Notes: generated by a model not told the origin, from the sequence alone. A DNA stretch of 64,000 nucleotides from Nitrospirota bacterium (GCA_963699545.1 CAVOUE010000003.1:839118-903117); one strand, 5' to 3'. Positions 21,126-30,883 are shown, numbered from the stretch's first letter. Made by a program: numbers and translations.

Positions 21126-21959
21126 TCAAAAGCCTAGGTCCTTCAACTTTTCCAGGCTGTTTTCGTCATAGTGCTCTCTTTTCCACTTGAAAGGGACGTC
21201 GATGATCTCCCCGGGTGTTTTTATGAAATAGAGAGCGCTAAAAGCCTCAGCCAGTACCGCCCTCTGCTGGGCGATATTGAACGGTTCTCCCAGCGGATGT
21301 CCGAAAGGCCACCTGAGATAAATCGTCCTGGGCGGTTTCACCTTCTCGGTATATTCCCTGACTATGGATATCCCAATAGTGGGGATGCCCATTCCCTCGA
21401 TCACTCTCTGTATCAGTCCGACGGCCTGATTGCACGTGCCTCAGCCCGGCGTCATTAACACCACATCAACACCCTCTGCCTTGAGGCGTTTGGCAACCTT
21501 CGGGGCGGTATCGGCGACGAGGGTCTGGAGCCGGGGACCCAGTATGTGGCCCATGAATCCGTAATGGGTATGTGATAGTGTGCCGATGATCCCTTCGCCT
21601 TGAAACTCCCTGAGTCTTTCAAGCGGGAACACGATATTCATATCCCTGTCTGCATCGCCATGATCATAATAGTCGTGCGTGATCATGAGGTCGTTCGGCG
21701 GTCTTGTGCCATCGATCACCCTGAAGGTGGCATCTCCGTTGGGATCTCTCATGTCAAAAGGCGTTTGATCCTTCTGATGCACTCCGGCAGTAGTGACCAG
21801 CGCCACCGAACATTTACGCAGGGGTTTACTCACCGGTGTCCAGGGGATCTCCTTTGATTCCGCGGGACGGTATGAAGCGATAAAGAGCTCTGCGAGGAGG
21901 GGGAAACGGGTAAGGACCTTTGCCAGGAGCCTGTTCTTTAATCGTGAAATCTCTGTCAC
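21126..21959 (-). CDS. GrdB/PrdB-related reductase selenoprotein (Sec at TGA 21441-21443)
   Basis: The two listed ORFs are in frame across TPG-TGA-GTC (UxxC); family motifs VALVTTAGVH, HDYYD, NIVFP and CNQAVGLIQR..E..GIPT..PPR...PFGHPLG. Confidence 0.88.
21412..21430 (-). promoter_or_regulatory. Candidate bacterial SECIS
   Basis: ATCAG-GCCGTCGGA-CTGAT stem-loop starting 11 nt after the UGA, with G in the apical loop. Confidence 0.6.
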
Positions 21960-21984
21960 CGGCAGCCACGGGACATGGGCATTT

Positions 21985-22191
21985 CTACCATGTCAATGAG
22001 AGGAGATGCGCCACGTCCGACTGTAAACGGTTGAACTTGCATTTGACCACCATGCACTGCTCCGAACGATAGCACGTGCCGCACTTAATGATCACATGGA
22101 CACTTATGCCCGTACTTTCGCGGTGAGGGCAGGGGATATGGAGTTTCCCGGTGTCTTCAGAATAACGCTTGTCCAGATAGGCGCTTTTCAT
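21985..22191 (-). CDS. Small Cys-rich hypothetical protein
   Basis: 68 aa with CPH and CxxC..C..C, directly upstream of the selenoprotein gene. Confidence 0.5.
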   Translation of the reverse strand: MKSAYLDKRYSEDTGKLHIPCPHRESTGISVHVIIKCGTCYRSEQCMVVKCKFNRLQSDVAHLLSLTW

Positions 22192-22426
22192 GGTTTATTA
22201 TACACCGAATGGGGTCTTATTAAGGACGTCCAAATTTCCACGTCCCGTCACATTTCCGGCGCGGAAGAAGGGTATATCCGGTGTTCTAAGAATGAAAAGA
22301 CGACTTGACCTGTCATCGGCAAACGCAAGAATTCTTCGATGGAAGCGTACAAACATGGAACAGTTTCCCCTTTCTGTCCTCTTCACCATTCATGCTATGC
22401 TATAGTGAAAGAAAAATAGAGGGAGT

Positions 22427-23386
22427 GTGGGGTTTGACGAAATTATGAAACTCAGGATAGGGCATCTCTCCACCTTTTACCATACTTCAATCTTGTTAAT
22501 GGCAAAGGGAGACGCCGGCAAAAAACTTGGAGTCGATGTCGAGTGGGAGTTGTTCGGCACAGGTCCCGCAATTGTGGAAGCCTTTGAAAGAGGCAAGCTT
22601 GACCTCGCTTACATTGGATTGCCGCCGGCCATCATAGGGATAAGCAGGGGAATGAGCATTATATGCATTGCGGGGGGACATATAGAAGGAACAGTAATTG
22701 CCGGGGAAAGAGAGTTGATCAGCTATCAGGAAGAAGAAGACATACGGATTATCCTCGATCAACTCACAGGAAAGTGCATAGGAGTGCCGGGGAAGGGTTC
22801 GATACACGACGTGATCATAAGGGAATGCCTTGAAAGATTGAATCTCACGGAAGGGATAGAGATAGTGAATTTTCAGTGGGCTGACCAGGTGACAGAGGCG
22901 GTGGCGAAGGGAGAAGTCTCCGCTGCAGTCGGCACTCCTGCCTTGGCCGTGGCAGTTGAACGCTATGCCGCTGGTAAGATCCTCTATCCCGCGTCAAGGC
23001 TCTGGCCCCACAACCCCAGCTACGGAATTGTCGTAGACAAAAGGTTTTTGACCGAGGAGAGGGAAACGGTCGAGCGCTTTCTCGTTCTCCATGAAGAGGC
23101 GACTTCCCTGATCAGGAACAGGCCGGGAGAGGTGGCGAGGACGATCGCCCGTTATGTCGGGTTCATCGATGAAGAGTTTGTGATGGATACCCTGAAGGTG
23201 TCTCCAAAATACTGTGCCCAGATCACCGACGAGTATATTTCTTCGACGATGGAATTTGTGAAGGCGCTGAAACGGCTGGGATACATACGCAGAGACATCG
23301 GTTCCGACGGCATTTTTGATACCCTTTTGATCAGACGACTTCATCCTGAGAAAGACCACTACGGAGACGGCATCGCAGAGGCTTAA
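22427..23386 (+). CDS. SsuA/NrtA/THI5-like periplasmic-binding-fold protein without signal peptide
   Basis: LRIGHLSTFYH, FGTGPAIVEAF..LDLAYIGLPP, GVPGKGSIHDV; no hydrophobic N-terminus. Confidence 0.8.
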   Translation: MGFDEIMKLRIGHLSTFYHTSILLMAKGDAGKKLGVDVEWELFGTGPAIVEAFERGKLDLAYIGLPPAIIGISRGMSIICIAGGHIEGTVIAGERELISYQEEEDIRIILDQLTGKCIGVPGKGSIHDVIIRECLERLNLTEGIEIVNFQWADQVTEAVAKGEVSAAVGTPALAVAVERYAAGKILYPASRLWPHNPSYGIVVDKRFLTEERETVERFLVLHEEATSLIRNRPGEVARTIARYVGFIDEEFVMDTLKVSPKYCAQITDEYISSTMEFVKALKRLGYIRRDIGSDGIFDTLLIRRLHPEKDHYGDGIAEA

Positions 23387-24525
23387 CCGCGCATGAGGAA
23401 CTCTTGCACCTGTCTTTTTATCTCCAGATGGTGCAGGGGAATATTCGGCACATCCTTGTTTCCCGGAACAGCGAGGACATGGACAAATCTGACCCCCTCG
23501 TCTGAACTTTTCATTACATCCGTCAACCCTTTCTCATCAGCCACTTTGATGGTATTCTTTATCCCGAATCCCGTCGCCACAGCCGCAAGGTCAACACATG
23601 ATTTTGTAAGTGTGGGCTGGTTTCCTGTTGAGCCGTAGGAACCGTTATCTATTGCAAAGACGGTGAGATTTCCGGGCGAGAAATGTGCAGCAGTAGCAAG
23701 GCTCCCAGGATTCATCAAGAGGCTCCCGTCACCATCTATTGCAATAACGTGCTTTCTTGATGTCAGCGCGATCCCGAGTCCGATGGGGGTAACCATGCCC
23801 ATGCTGCCCAGCATATAAAAGTTGGACGGCTGGTGTTTGATATGGAAGAGTTCTTTTGAAGGGGCGCCAAGATTGCATACAACCACTTTGGAATCAAGAT
23901 AAGGGGCTATGATATTCAGAATCTCGAAGCGTGTCAGCCGCGGCGAATGCGTCCGGTGCCCGATAGGTGCTTCATATTCAATTCTTTCTTTGGTGCCTTT
24001 TGTTCTGACTGAGGACTGCTGAACGCTGACTTCCGATTTTTCCCATATCGCGGGGCTGAGGAGAAATGCGTGGATCCGGTTCTTCTTGTAAACGTCTTCA
24101 AGTCTCTTCCCTACAAGCCCGAAATCCTTCCGTGTGTTGACGGCTGTATGGTGTATGCCGGCGCCATCTAAAATACCAGGGAGTTTCTTGCCCATGGGTA
24201 TCTGGGCTCCGATTTTCTCTTTATATATGCCTCTGCGGCTGACAAACAAGGCGAGGGGCAGCCGGTAAAATCCTGTGAGGGAAAGTAATGCATTGATCAT
24301 ATTCCCGACGCCTGAACTCTGGACGAACATTGCGGGCCGTCTGCCGGATAATGCAGCGCCTGCAGTGATGCCGACACCCTCTTCTTCCCGGGTCAAAGGC
24401 ACATGAAAAAACTCTTCGCTCACCCGTTCGAGAAGGACTTTGATCTTCTCGCAGGGAAGGGAAGAAATAAAGTCGACCCCGTTCTTCTTAAGCAGTGCTA
24501 TCAGCTCTTCTTCAGGGTATTGCAT
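23383..24525 (-). CDS. comDE: Fused sulfopyruvate decarboxylase alpha+beta
   Basis: ComD half (SLPC, LTREEEGVGITAGA, QSSGVGNMINAL, RGIYKEKIGAQIPMG) fused to ComE half (NLGAPSKEL, NFYMLGSMG, TPP motif DGDGSLLMN, DNGSYGSTGNQPT). Confidence 0.88.
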   Translation of the reverse strand: MQYPEEELIALLKKNGVDFISSLPCEKIKVLLERVSEEFFHVPLTREEEGVGITAGAALSGRRPAMFVQSSGVGNMINALLSLTGFYRLPLALFVSRRGIYKEKIGAQIPMGKKLPGILDGAGIHHTAVNTRKDFGLVGKRLEDVYKKNRIHAFLLSPAIWEKSEVSVQQSSVRTKGTKERIEYEAPIGHRTHSPRLTRFEILNIIAPYLDSKVVVCNLGAPSKELFHIKHQPSNFYMLGSMGMVTPIGLGIALTSRKHVIAIDGDGSLLMNPGSLATAAHFSPGNLTVFAIDNGSYGSTGNQPTLTKSCVDLAAVATGFGIKNTIKVADEKGLTDVMKSSDEGVRFVHVLAVPGNKDVPNIPLHHLEIKRQVQEFLMRG

Positions 24526-25757
24526 AGTAACCCCTCTATCTCCTTCTCCGAAATCTTTTTTGATATGGCAAGGGGCTCCACAGTATACATTTCCCTCTTC
24601 TGTTTCAGTCTCTTTTCGCCACCTCCGGTGATATTGAGTAATATCGTGTCGCTCTTCTGTACCGTGCCCGTGTGCACGGCATTTATGAGGGCTGCGGATG
24701 CAACCCCGGCTGCAGGTACGATATCTATCCCCTCCGCCCTTTCGAAGATCTCCATTGCAGAATACACCTCCTCATTTCTTATGCCATACATTTTTCCCCC
24801 TGTTGCCTTGAGGGCGTCATAGACGCCACCGCCGAGGGAATAGGCAGGATAGCGGGTCGAAAGAACCCTGGTGGTTATCTCTCCTATCAGTTCAGGTTTC
24901 AGATCCTCAGGAGAGAGGTTCCGGCTGCCTTTCTCCCACGCCCTGAGCATGGGAGCAAAAGGCAGGTTCTGAGCGAGGTGAAGGACCGGCAATTCAGTAC
25001 CAAATCTTCCGTCCCTTATAAACCTTTCCGCCATCTCCCATACCCCTATCGCTCCGGTACCGCTCCCCACGGCCTGGAAATAGTGGTCAGGAAGTCTCGC
25101 CATTACCGAGACAGCTTCAAGGAGTACCACTCCAAGACCATCTCTCTTTGCAATATTCTTCACCCCTCCCTCAAAGGGGATGCCGAGGGTTGAGGAGATT
25201 CTCTTTGCGACATCGATGGAGTCTGCGTAATCGCCGTCGCTTAACGCAAGGGTTGGTATCCCGGGAGAATTTTCGAGGCACCACATTTCCACAAGACACA
25301 TCCTCGGAACAACAATGACCACCGGAAAATCAGAGAGGACGGAGAGGTGGGAAAATGCCCTCGCGGTATTGCCAGCTGACGCCACGACGAGTCCATGGAC
25401 ACCGTTTTCTCTTGCGTTCTGGAGCACCACCGCTGCCTCAAATTCCTTGAAGGTGCACGTCTGAAGCGATGCCCCCTTTTCCGGCCAATAGCCATTAAAG
25501 GCTATGAAAAGGTTCTCGAGACCGAGCTGTTGAGAGAGACCTGTTGATCGGTAAACCAAAGGACCTGATTGTTCAAAGCGCGGGGTATGTACCGGGAGCC
25601 AGTTAAATCTCCAAATACCCCGGGTATCGCTTTCAGTAAAAGTGATATCGTTATATTCTGTTATGAGGAGCGAATCCTTGCAGTGTTCGCAAAAGGCACA
25701 GTACACATCCTCAAGCCTTTTCCCGCAATTCCTGCATCGTATCGAAAAATGGCTCAC
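24501..25757 (-). CDS. Cysteate synthase (PLP, threonine-synthase-like, MA3297 type)
   Basis: N-terminal CxxC..CxxC, FNGYWPEKGA..TCTFKEFEA, SAGNTARAF, EGGVKNIAKRDG, DHYFQAVGSGTG, QNLPFAPM, VLSTRYPAYS; overlaps comDE. Confidence 0.9.
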   Translation of the reverse strand: MSHFSIRCRNCGKRLEDVYCAFCEHCKDSLLITEYNDITFTESDTRGIWRFNWLPVHTPRFEQSGPLVYRSTGLSQQLGLENLFIAFNGYWPEKGASLQTCTFKEFEAAVVLQNARENGVHGLVVASAGNTARAFSHLSVLSDFPVVIVVPRMCLVEMWCLENSPGIPTLALSDGDYADSIDVAKRISSTLGIPFEGGVKNIAKRDGLGVVLLEAVSVMARLPDHYFQAVGSGTGAIGVWEMAERFIRDGRFGTELPVLHLAQNLPFAPMLRAWEKGSRNLSPEDLKPELIGEITTRVLSTRYPAYSLGGGVYDALKATGGKMYGIRNEEVYSAMEIFERAEGIDIVPAAGVASAALINAVHTGTVQKSDTILLNITGGGEKRLKQKREMYTVEPLAISKKISEKEIEGLLCNTLKKS

Positions 25758-25767
25758 ATTGCCTCCT

Positions 25768-26971
25768 TCAGATGAGGCTCCCCAACAATTCCATGATGTC
25801 GGTGATTACTACCTGCTTATCATGCCCCTGCATCGCTTCGTTTACCTTGGAATAGCATGCAGGACAGCTCAGGATAAGCCTGTCTGCCTTTTTCTCCACT
25901 GCCTCATCAATGGTCAGCCTTCCCATGGCGGTGGCATTTTCGGCGAAGACCTTTCTTGCTGCGCCGCCGGCGCCGCAGCATTGTGAATTGAGGCCGTGCC
26001 TTTCAAATTCGATGAGTTCAGCGCCGGGTATGCTTCTGAGGACGATCCTCGGCTCTTCAATCACCCCCACCCCTCTGCTCAGATAGCAGGGGTCGTGGTA
26101 GATTAAATTTTCTTTCAGCTCCTTCTTAATGACGAGTTTTCTTTTCTTCAGTGCATCGACGACAAATTGTGTAATATGCGCTATCTTGAAAGGGAGCGCC
26201 TGCCCATAAAATAGCGGCCAGTCCCTTGACATAATATTCACGCAGCATGGGCATGAACTTATGAGCAGTTTCACCCCCTTTGCCTTGTATGCATTCACGA
26301 GCCTCTTGGTAAGATCCTCAAGCATATCATGCTGCCCTGTGATGAAGAGAGGGAATCCGCAGCATACTTCTTCCTCCGGAGGAAGCATGGTGAATGGTTC
26401 GCCGATTGCGCCCAGCACAAGCACATCACCTTTCACCATGGGCTGGGCTTCATAGGCTCCGGTGCAGCCGGCGTAGTATGCGATCTCAGCTTTTTCAACG
26501 ATCTTGACCTCATCGGGAAACCAGGGGCTGTATCGCTCTTTGTCCGGCTTGTTATAGGGATTTCCCGTTCTCCTTTATCACCTTGGGAAGATTTGCCTGC
26601 GGACCGATCGGCCCGAGCCCCATGTCCACCATCTTTTTTCTCAGGAAAGGCCAGAGCCTTTGACTGAAGATCCCCACCTCGCAGGCCTCTCCGCAGGCCC
26701 CGCATGTGGTGCATTCAAAAACTGCCTTCGCGAACTCCTCAAGCAACTGTCTGCTTACTTCACCAGGACCGAAAAGGCGTGCCTTGAGCCCTTCCGTATT
26801 CTTGATAAAATCTCGATACATCCTGATTTTTTCAGGTGGCGAGATCTTCCGATTTTCCGTGACTTCCTGAACGGGACACCATTTGAGACACTCACTGCAT
26901 CGCGTGCATGCATCGAGTTCTATAAGATGAAGCTTCGTCAGCCCTTCGATAAAGGATTGTTGTTTACCCAT
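25768..26971 (-). CDS. hdrD: Heterodisulfide reductase subunit D-like Fe-S protein (frameshift near 26560)
   Basis: Two CxxCxxCxxxC motifs (ELDACTRCSECLKWCP; CTTCGACGEAC), then two CCG domains (YAGC..CCG..SCPCC; HDPCYL..CCGAGG..SCPAC). Confidence 0.85.
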
Positions 26972-27773
26972 GGGTAAACTCCCAGAGACTTGATTTTCTT
27001 CTCGATGCTTCTGCTGTAGTAATCTGGGCGGTGAACATATGGAACTGCTTGGAAAAGGGGAGATAGGCGATAAAGGTAAAGGCAGAAAAGGCATGAAATG
27101 CCCAGAAAATCCTGTAGAGAAGTCGGGATGAAGGATAGCTTCGGGTCACGGGACTGAACATCTGAGAAAAGAGAGCGCCTACAGGCGACCAGTCCATCAG
27201 CGGCGGATGAAACCGTGCGAGACGGATTCCCTCAACGCAGAATCCGCTGAGGATTATGAGAAACATCAGAATAAGGACAAAAGCATCGTCCCAGCTCGAG
27301 ACAACAATATTCCTGGAAAATACATATCGCCTCAGGATATAAAACAAGAGACTTATTAAGGCCAGGCCACCTGCGATGTCCAGTACGAGGGAATAATAGA
27401 GATAGAAATGTCCTCTCAATATATGGAGACCAAAGTCATAATCAATGGCAACGAGAAGCGTCCCAATAAAGAGGATAATAAATCCCCAGTAGACGAATAT
27501 AAGCATGACTCCTCTGGGTCTGCTTTTCTCCATGACCCTCCGGGCAAAGAGACATTCCATCGAGAAGAGATAGAGGAGGCTTATCCTTATAAGCCCCCAT
27601 ATCGATTTCTTAGGGATATAGTCAGAAGGGTCATCCCTGCCTTTAAGCCAGATGGATACTTTCGACCATGAACCTATGAGAAAGATCGCGACCGCTATTG
27701 CGGCTGCCCCGTAAAAGAGTATCCTCAGGAGTGAAGGGATATCCCCGAAAACTAATCTTGTCGCTTCTCCCAT
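26964..27773 (-). CDS. NarI/HdrE-like membrane cytochrome b anchor
   Basis: 5-6 TM segments; ILSGFCVEGIR, WSPVG, FHAFSAF..IAYLPFSKQFHMF; its stop overlaps the hdrD start. Confidence 0.75.
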   Translation of the reverse strand: MGEATRLVFGDIPSLLRILFYGAAAIAVAIFLIGSWSKVSIWLKGRDDPSDYIPKKSIWGLIRISLLYLFSMECLFARRVMEKSRPRGVMLIFVYWGFIILFIGTLLVAIDYDFGLHILRGHFYLYYSLVLDIAGGLALISLLFYILRRYVFSRNIVVSSWDDAFVLILMFLIILSGFCVEGIRLARFHPPLMDWSPVGALFSQMFSPVTRSYPSSRLLYRIFWAFHAFSAFTFIAYLPFSKQFHMFTAQITTAEASRRKSSLWEFTHG

Positions 27774-27811
27774 GTGCTTTCTCCTCTCTCATGAACGAAT
27801 TGATCGTCTGC

Positions 27812-28156
27812 TTATTCCTTTTCGCTGCTCTTGCTTATCTTTCTGCTCTCCAGAAATGTGACGCTCACATCTTTGGGGACAGCAAAGCCTGCCTCCACCT
27901 CCATGGCCTTGAGGATGCCGCTGGGCACAGGACAGGTCACATGTTTCAGGTGCTTCGATGCCGAACGGTAGACGGGATTATCGAGAAACCTTGTGAATAC
28001 CGCCATCATATCGAGGGCAGCGATCTCATCAGCCATGTTTTTCACCATCTCGCATTCTGTCTCAAGGGAGATCAGGATTTTTTTGTCCTTGTCCCTCTCG
28101 GCAGTTACGGTCGTTGAGAATCCGCACACCCCTGAATGGATAAGCACCTTTGTCAT
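27812..28156 (-). CDS. Conserved small Cys/His protein (DUF6951-like)
   Basis: GVCGF..C..HVTCPVPSGILKAMEVEAG. Confidence 0.7.
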   Translation of the reverse strand: MTKVLIHSGVCGFSTTVTAERDKDKKILISLETECEMVKNMADEIAALDMMAVFTRFLDNPVYRSASKHLKHVTCPVPSGILKAMEVEAGFAVPKDVSVTFLESRKISKSSEKE

Positions 28157-28198
28157 TCTTCACTCCTTTTTATCGACGCGCAGAGCCCCGTCACGCCC

Positions 28199-29007
28199 TC
28201 AGACCTCGGAAAGTTGATGCACATGGGTGAACATGCCGTTCACGCTCCTTGTCTTTTCCCTCTCCCCGGCAAGGAACAGGAGTATCTCCTTTCTTATGGA
28301 ATTCAGTTCAGGGCTTGTCCTGTCCCTGGGATGGGGAATATCCACCGTAATTACCTTCCCGACCTCTGCCGGGCGTGAGGTGAGACAGATGATCTCATCC
28401 CCGAGGAATACCGCCTCTTCCACGTTATGGGTCACAAAGACCACGGTCTTCTTCGCCTTCGCCCATATCTGAAGAAGAGCCGTTTGCATGTAATTCCTCG
28501 TCTGGCAGTCCAGTGAGACAAAGGGTTCGTCCATGAGAAGGACCTTCGGTTCCACCACCAGTGCCATGGCCATGGCCACCTTCTGTTTCATACCCCCGGA
28601 GAGCTCCTTTGGATAAAAGTCTCCCGAAGTCCTGGAGTTCTACCAGTTCCAGGCCGGCAAGGGCCTTCTGTTCTCCGCTGCTCTTTAGGGATGCCTGCGA
28701 CCTCAAGGCCGAACTCAACGTTTCTTATCACGGTCCGCCACGGCAGGAGGGCCGGCTCCTGGAAGATATATCCGACCTCCCTCACCGGTTCGGCAATCTC
28801 CTTGTCCCCCAGGAGGATCTTTCCCCTGTCGGGCCTTTCAAGCCCCGAGATTATTCTCAACAGTGTCGTTTTGCCGCACCCGCTCGGACCGATGATGCAG
28901 ACAAATCTCCCCTCTGGCACAGTGAACGACACATCCGTAATCGTATCGATCCGTTCACCCTCTGAGGCGTTGAAGGCTTTATGGAGATCAATCACTTTCA
29001 GGTCCAT
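28199..29007 (-). CDS. Sulfonate/nitrate/taurine-type ABC ATPase, frameshifted near 28600-28670
   Basis: GPSGCGKTT, FQEPALLPWRTV, ELSGGMKQK, LMDEPF, FVTHNVEEA. Confidence 0.88.
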
Positions 29008-29011
29008 AGGG

Positions 29012-29779
29012 TCATCTCCACCTGAGGACCCTGTCTTCGATCTTCCTTATGGCGAGGTCCATTGTATAGCCGATCCCTCCGATCACCGCCATACCCGCGA
29101 TGATCTGATCGGGCCGCTGAATATCTCTTGCAGTCATGATCATATACCCGAGGCCATATCCGCTCCTTACCCCTGTGAATTCTGCGGCAACAAGGGTCAT
29201 CCATCCGATTCCCAGGGCGATGCGTATCCCCGTGATGATGGAGGGCATTGCCCCCGGCGTGAGGACCTTCATAAAGAGGACTCCCCTCTTTGCGCCGAGG
29301 ATGATGGACGACTCAATAAGCCTTTTATTGATGGACAAAACCCCTCCGATGGTATTCAGGAGGATGGGGAAGAAGGCACCGAGGAAGATGATGAAGGAAG
29401 AGGCTTTGTCCCCGATGCCGAACCAGAGAATTGCAATGGGAACCCATGCAAGGGGAGGTACGGGCCGTATCATCTCAACAAAGGGGGTGAGGTAATCCCT
29501 CGCTTTCGCCCAGTACCCCATCATCATGCCGAGGGGCAGGGCGGTAACAAAAGCTATGGCCACCCCGCTCAACACTCTTTTCAGGCTCGAGATGCAGTGG
29601 CCGGTAAGGGTATATCCTGGAGGAAGGCCCTCCGTAGTCAGTTCTGTGAACCCATGAAGTATCGTCACCGGAGACGGCAGCCTGTTGCCGGGGATGATGC
29701 CGGAGGAAGAGAGTATCTGCCACACGACCACAACCCCAAAGACCGGGAGGTACCTTAAGGACCTATATGCGCGGCGCAA
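29012..29779 (-). CDS. Sulfonate/taurine-type ABC permease
   Basis: RPVPPLAWVP..LWFGIG, WMTLVAAE..GLGYMI. Confidence 0.92.
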   Translation of the reverse strand: MRRAYRSLRYLPVFGVVVVWQILSSSGIIPGNRLPSPVTILHGFTELTTEGLPPGYTLTGHCISSLKRVLSGVAIAFVTALPLGMMMGYWAKARDYLTPFVEMIRPVPPLAWVPIAILWFGIGDKASSFIIFLGAFFPILLNTIGGVLSINKRLIESSIILGAKRGVLFMKVLTPGAMPSIITGIRIALGIGWMTLVAAEFTGVRSGYGLGYMIMTARDIQRPDQIIAGMAVIGGIGYTMDLAIRKIEDRVLRWR

Positions 29780-29826
29780 TCTTCTTTCTCTCCCTCTACA
29801 CGTTTTAAAGGAAAGCCCGTGGAACG

Positions 29827-30783
29827 TTATTTCGTGAGATCGTTCACTACCTTCATGTCCAGGTATTCCCGGACAAAGGCATCCACGTCCATGGGCTTCA
29901 CATATCCGAACTTCACAAGATATTTCACGTATTCCTTTACATCGCCTTCCTTAGCAAGATAGTGGTAGGAGATGTGTCTGATGGCCTCCCGTACCGTTGC
30001 CTCGTCCATCCCGGTATATTTTATCCCGATGCGGAGGGCCTCGCCGGGGTTTTTCCTGATGTACTCGGTGGCTTTCACGTGGGCCCTTACAAAACGCTTG
30101 ACCGTCTCCGGATTATCCCGGAGGAAGGCGTTATCCACCGCAACAACACAGCAGGGATGGTCCTTCCATATCATGCCTGAAGAGACCAGGACCTTTCCGA
30201 TGCCCATGTTCACCGCCTTTGACGGATGGGGTTCCCACGCGATGAAAGCATCTATCTGTTTCGAACCAAGAGCGACAATCATTTCAGGCGGCTTAATCAC
30301 GATGATGTTCACCTTCCTGGGATCGACCCCTGCCCCCTCCAGCGCCTTTCTGAGAAGAAAGTCCTGAACACTCGAATATCCCGGGATGGCAACGGTCCTC
30401 CCCTCGAGGTCTTTCACCTCTCGTATGGATGCATCCTTACCCACCACGACGGAGGAGCCCTCCGCATTGGCGAGGGCAACCGCCTTTATGGCGGCGGACC
30501 TGTTCGCAAGTCCCGTGGCGCTGGGGGCAACACCAAGGTATCCCATATCGAGGCTTTTTGAGGCAAAGCCGATCATTTCTTCAGGGCCGGCATTGAAGAT
30601 GCCGGCAACTTCAACATCGACCCCTTCCTCTTTGAAAAAGCCCTTGTCAATGGCGACCCATGCCGCGAGGTGGTGGAGGTCGTTCCGCAGATAACCGATA
30701 CGGACCGTCTTGGACGCTGCCAGGGATATCAGCGCACTCACAAGCATCAAGACAAGTAAGACCCCCAAAACAATCCTTTTCAT
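29827..30783 (-). CDS. Sulfonate/nitrate-type ABC substrate-binding protein
   Basis: Signal peptide, VRIGYL, FNAGPE, DAFIAWEP, HPCCVV. Confidence 0.9.
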   Translation of the reverse strand: MKRIVLGVLLVLMLVSALISLAASKTVRIGYLRNDLHHLAAWVAIDKGFFKEEGVDVEVAGIFNAGPEEMIGFASKSLDMGYLGVAPSATGLANRSAAIKAVALANAEGSSVVVGKDASIREVKDLEGRTVAIPGYSSVQDFLLRKALEGAGVDPRKVNIIVIKPPEMIVALGSKQIDAFIAWEPHPSKAVNMGIGKVLVSSGMIWKDHPCCVVAVDNAFLRDNPETVKRFVRAHVKATEYIRKNPGEALRIGIKYTGMDEATVREAIRHISYHYLAKEGDVKEYVKYLVKFGYVKPMDVDAFVREYLDMKVVNDLTK

Positions 30784-30866
30784 GTACTCTCTCCTCTTCA
30801 ATACAGGTCGCGGACTTTCGGCGGAAAGCATCCTTCTTTCTCTTCCCCGAGTCCTGCCACTGATTT

Positions 30867-30875
30867 ATTATACCA
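30867..30875 (-). promoter_or_regulatory. Candidate extended -10 promoter
   Basis: TGGTATAAT on the minus strand in the gap before the ABC binding-protein gene; no clear -35. Confidence 0.45.
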
Positions 30876-30883
30876 CTGACATC

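Noticed and set aside
24501-25757. Threonine synthase call
   Set aside because: GYWPE, TCTFKEFEA and KNIAKRDG motifs plus coupling to comDE fit cysteate synthase better.
26962-26979. 18-bp perfect palindrome GTTTACCCATGGGTAAAC at the anchor/hdrD junction
   Set aside because: About 0.25 such palindromes are expected by chance in 64 kb (64000/4^9), and it lies fully within coding sequence.
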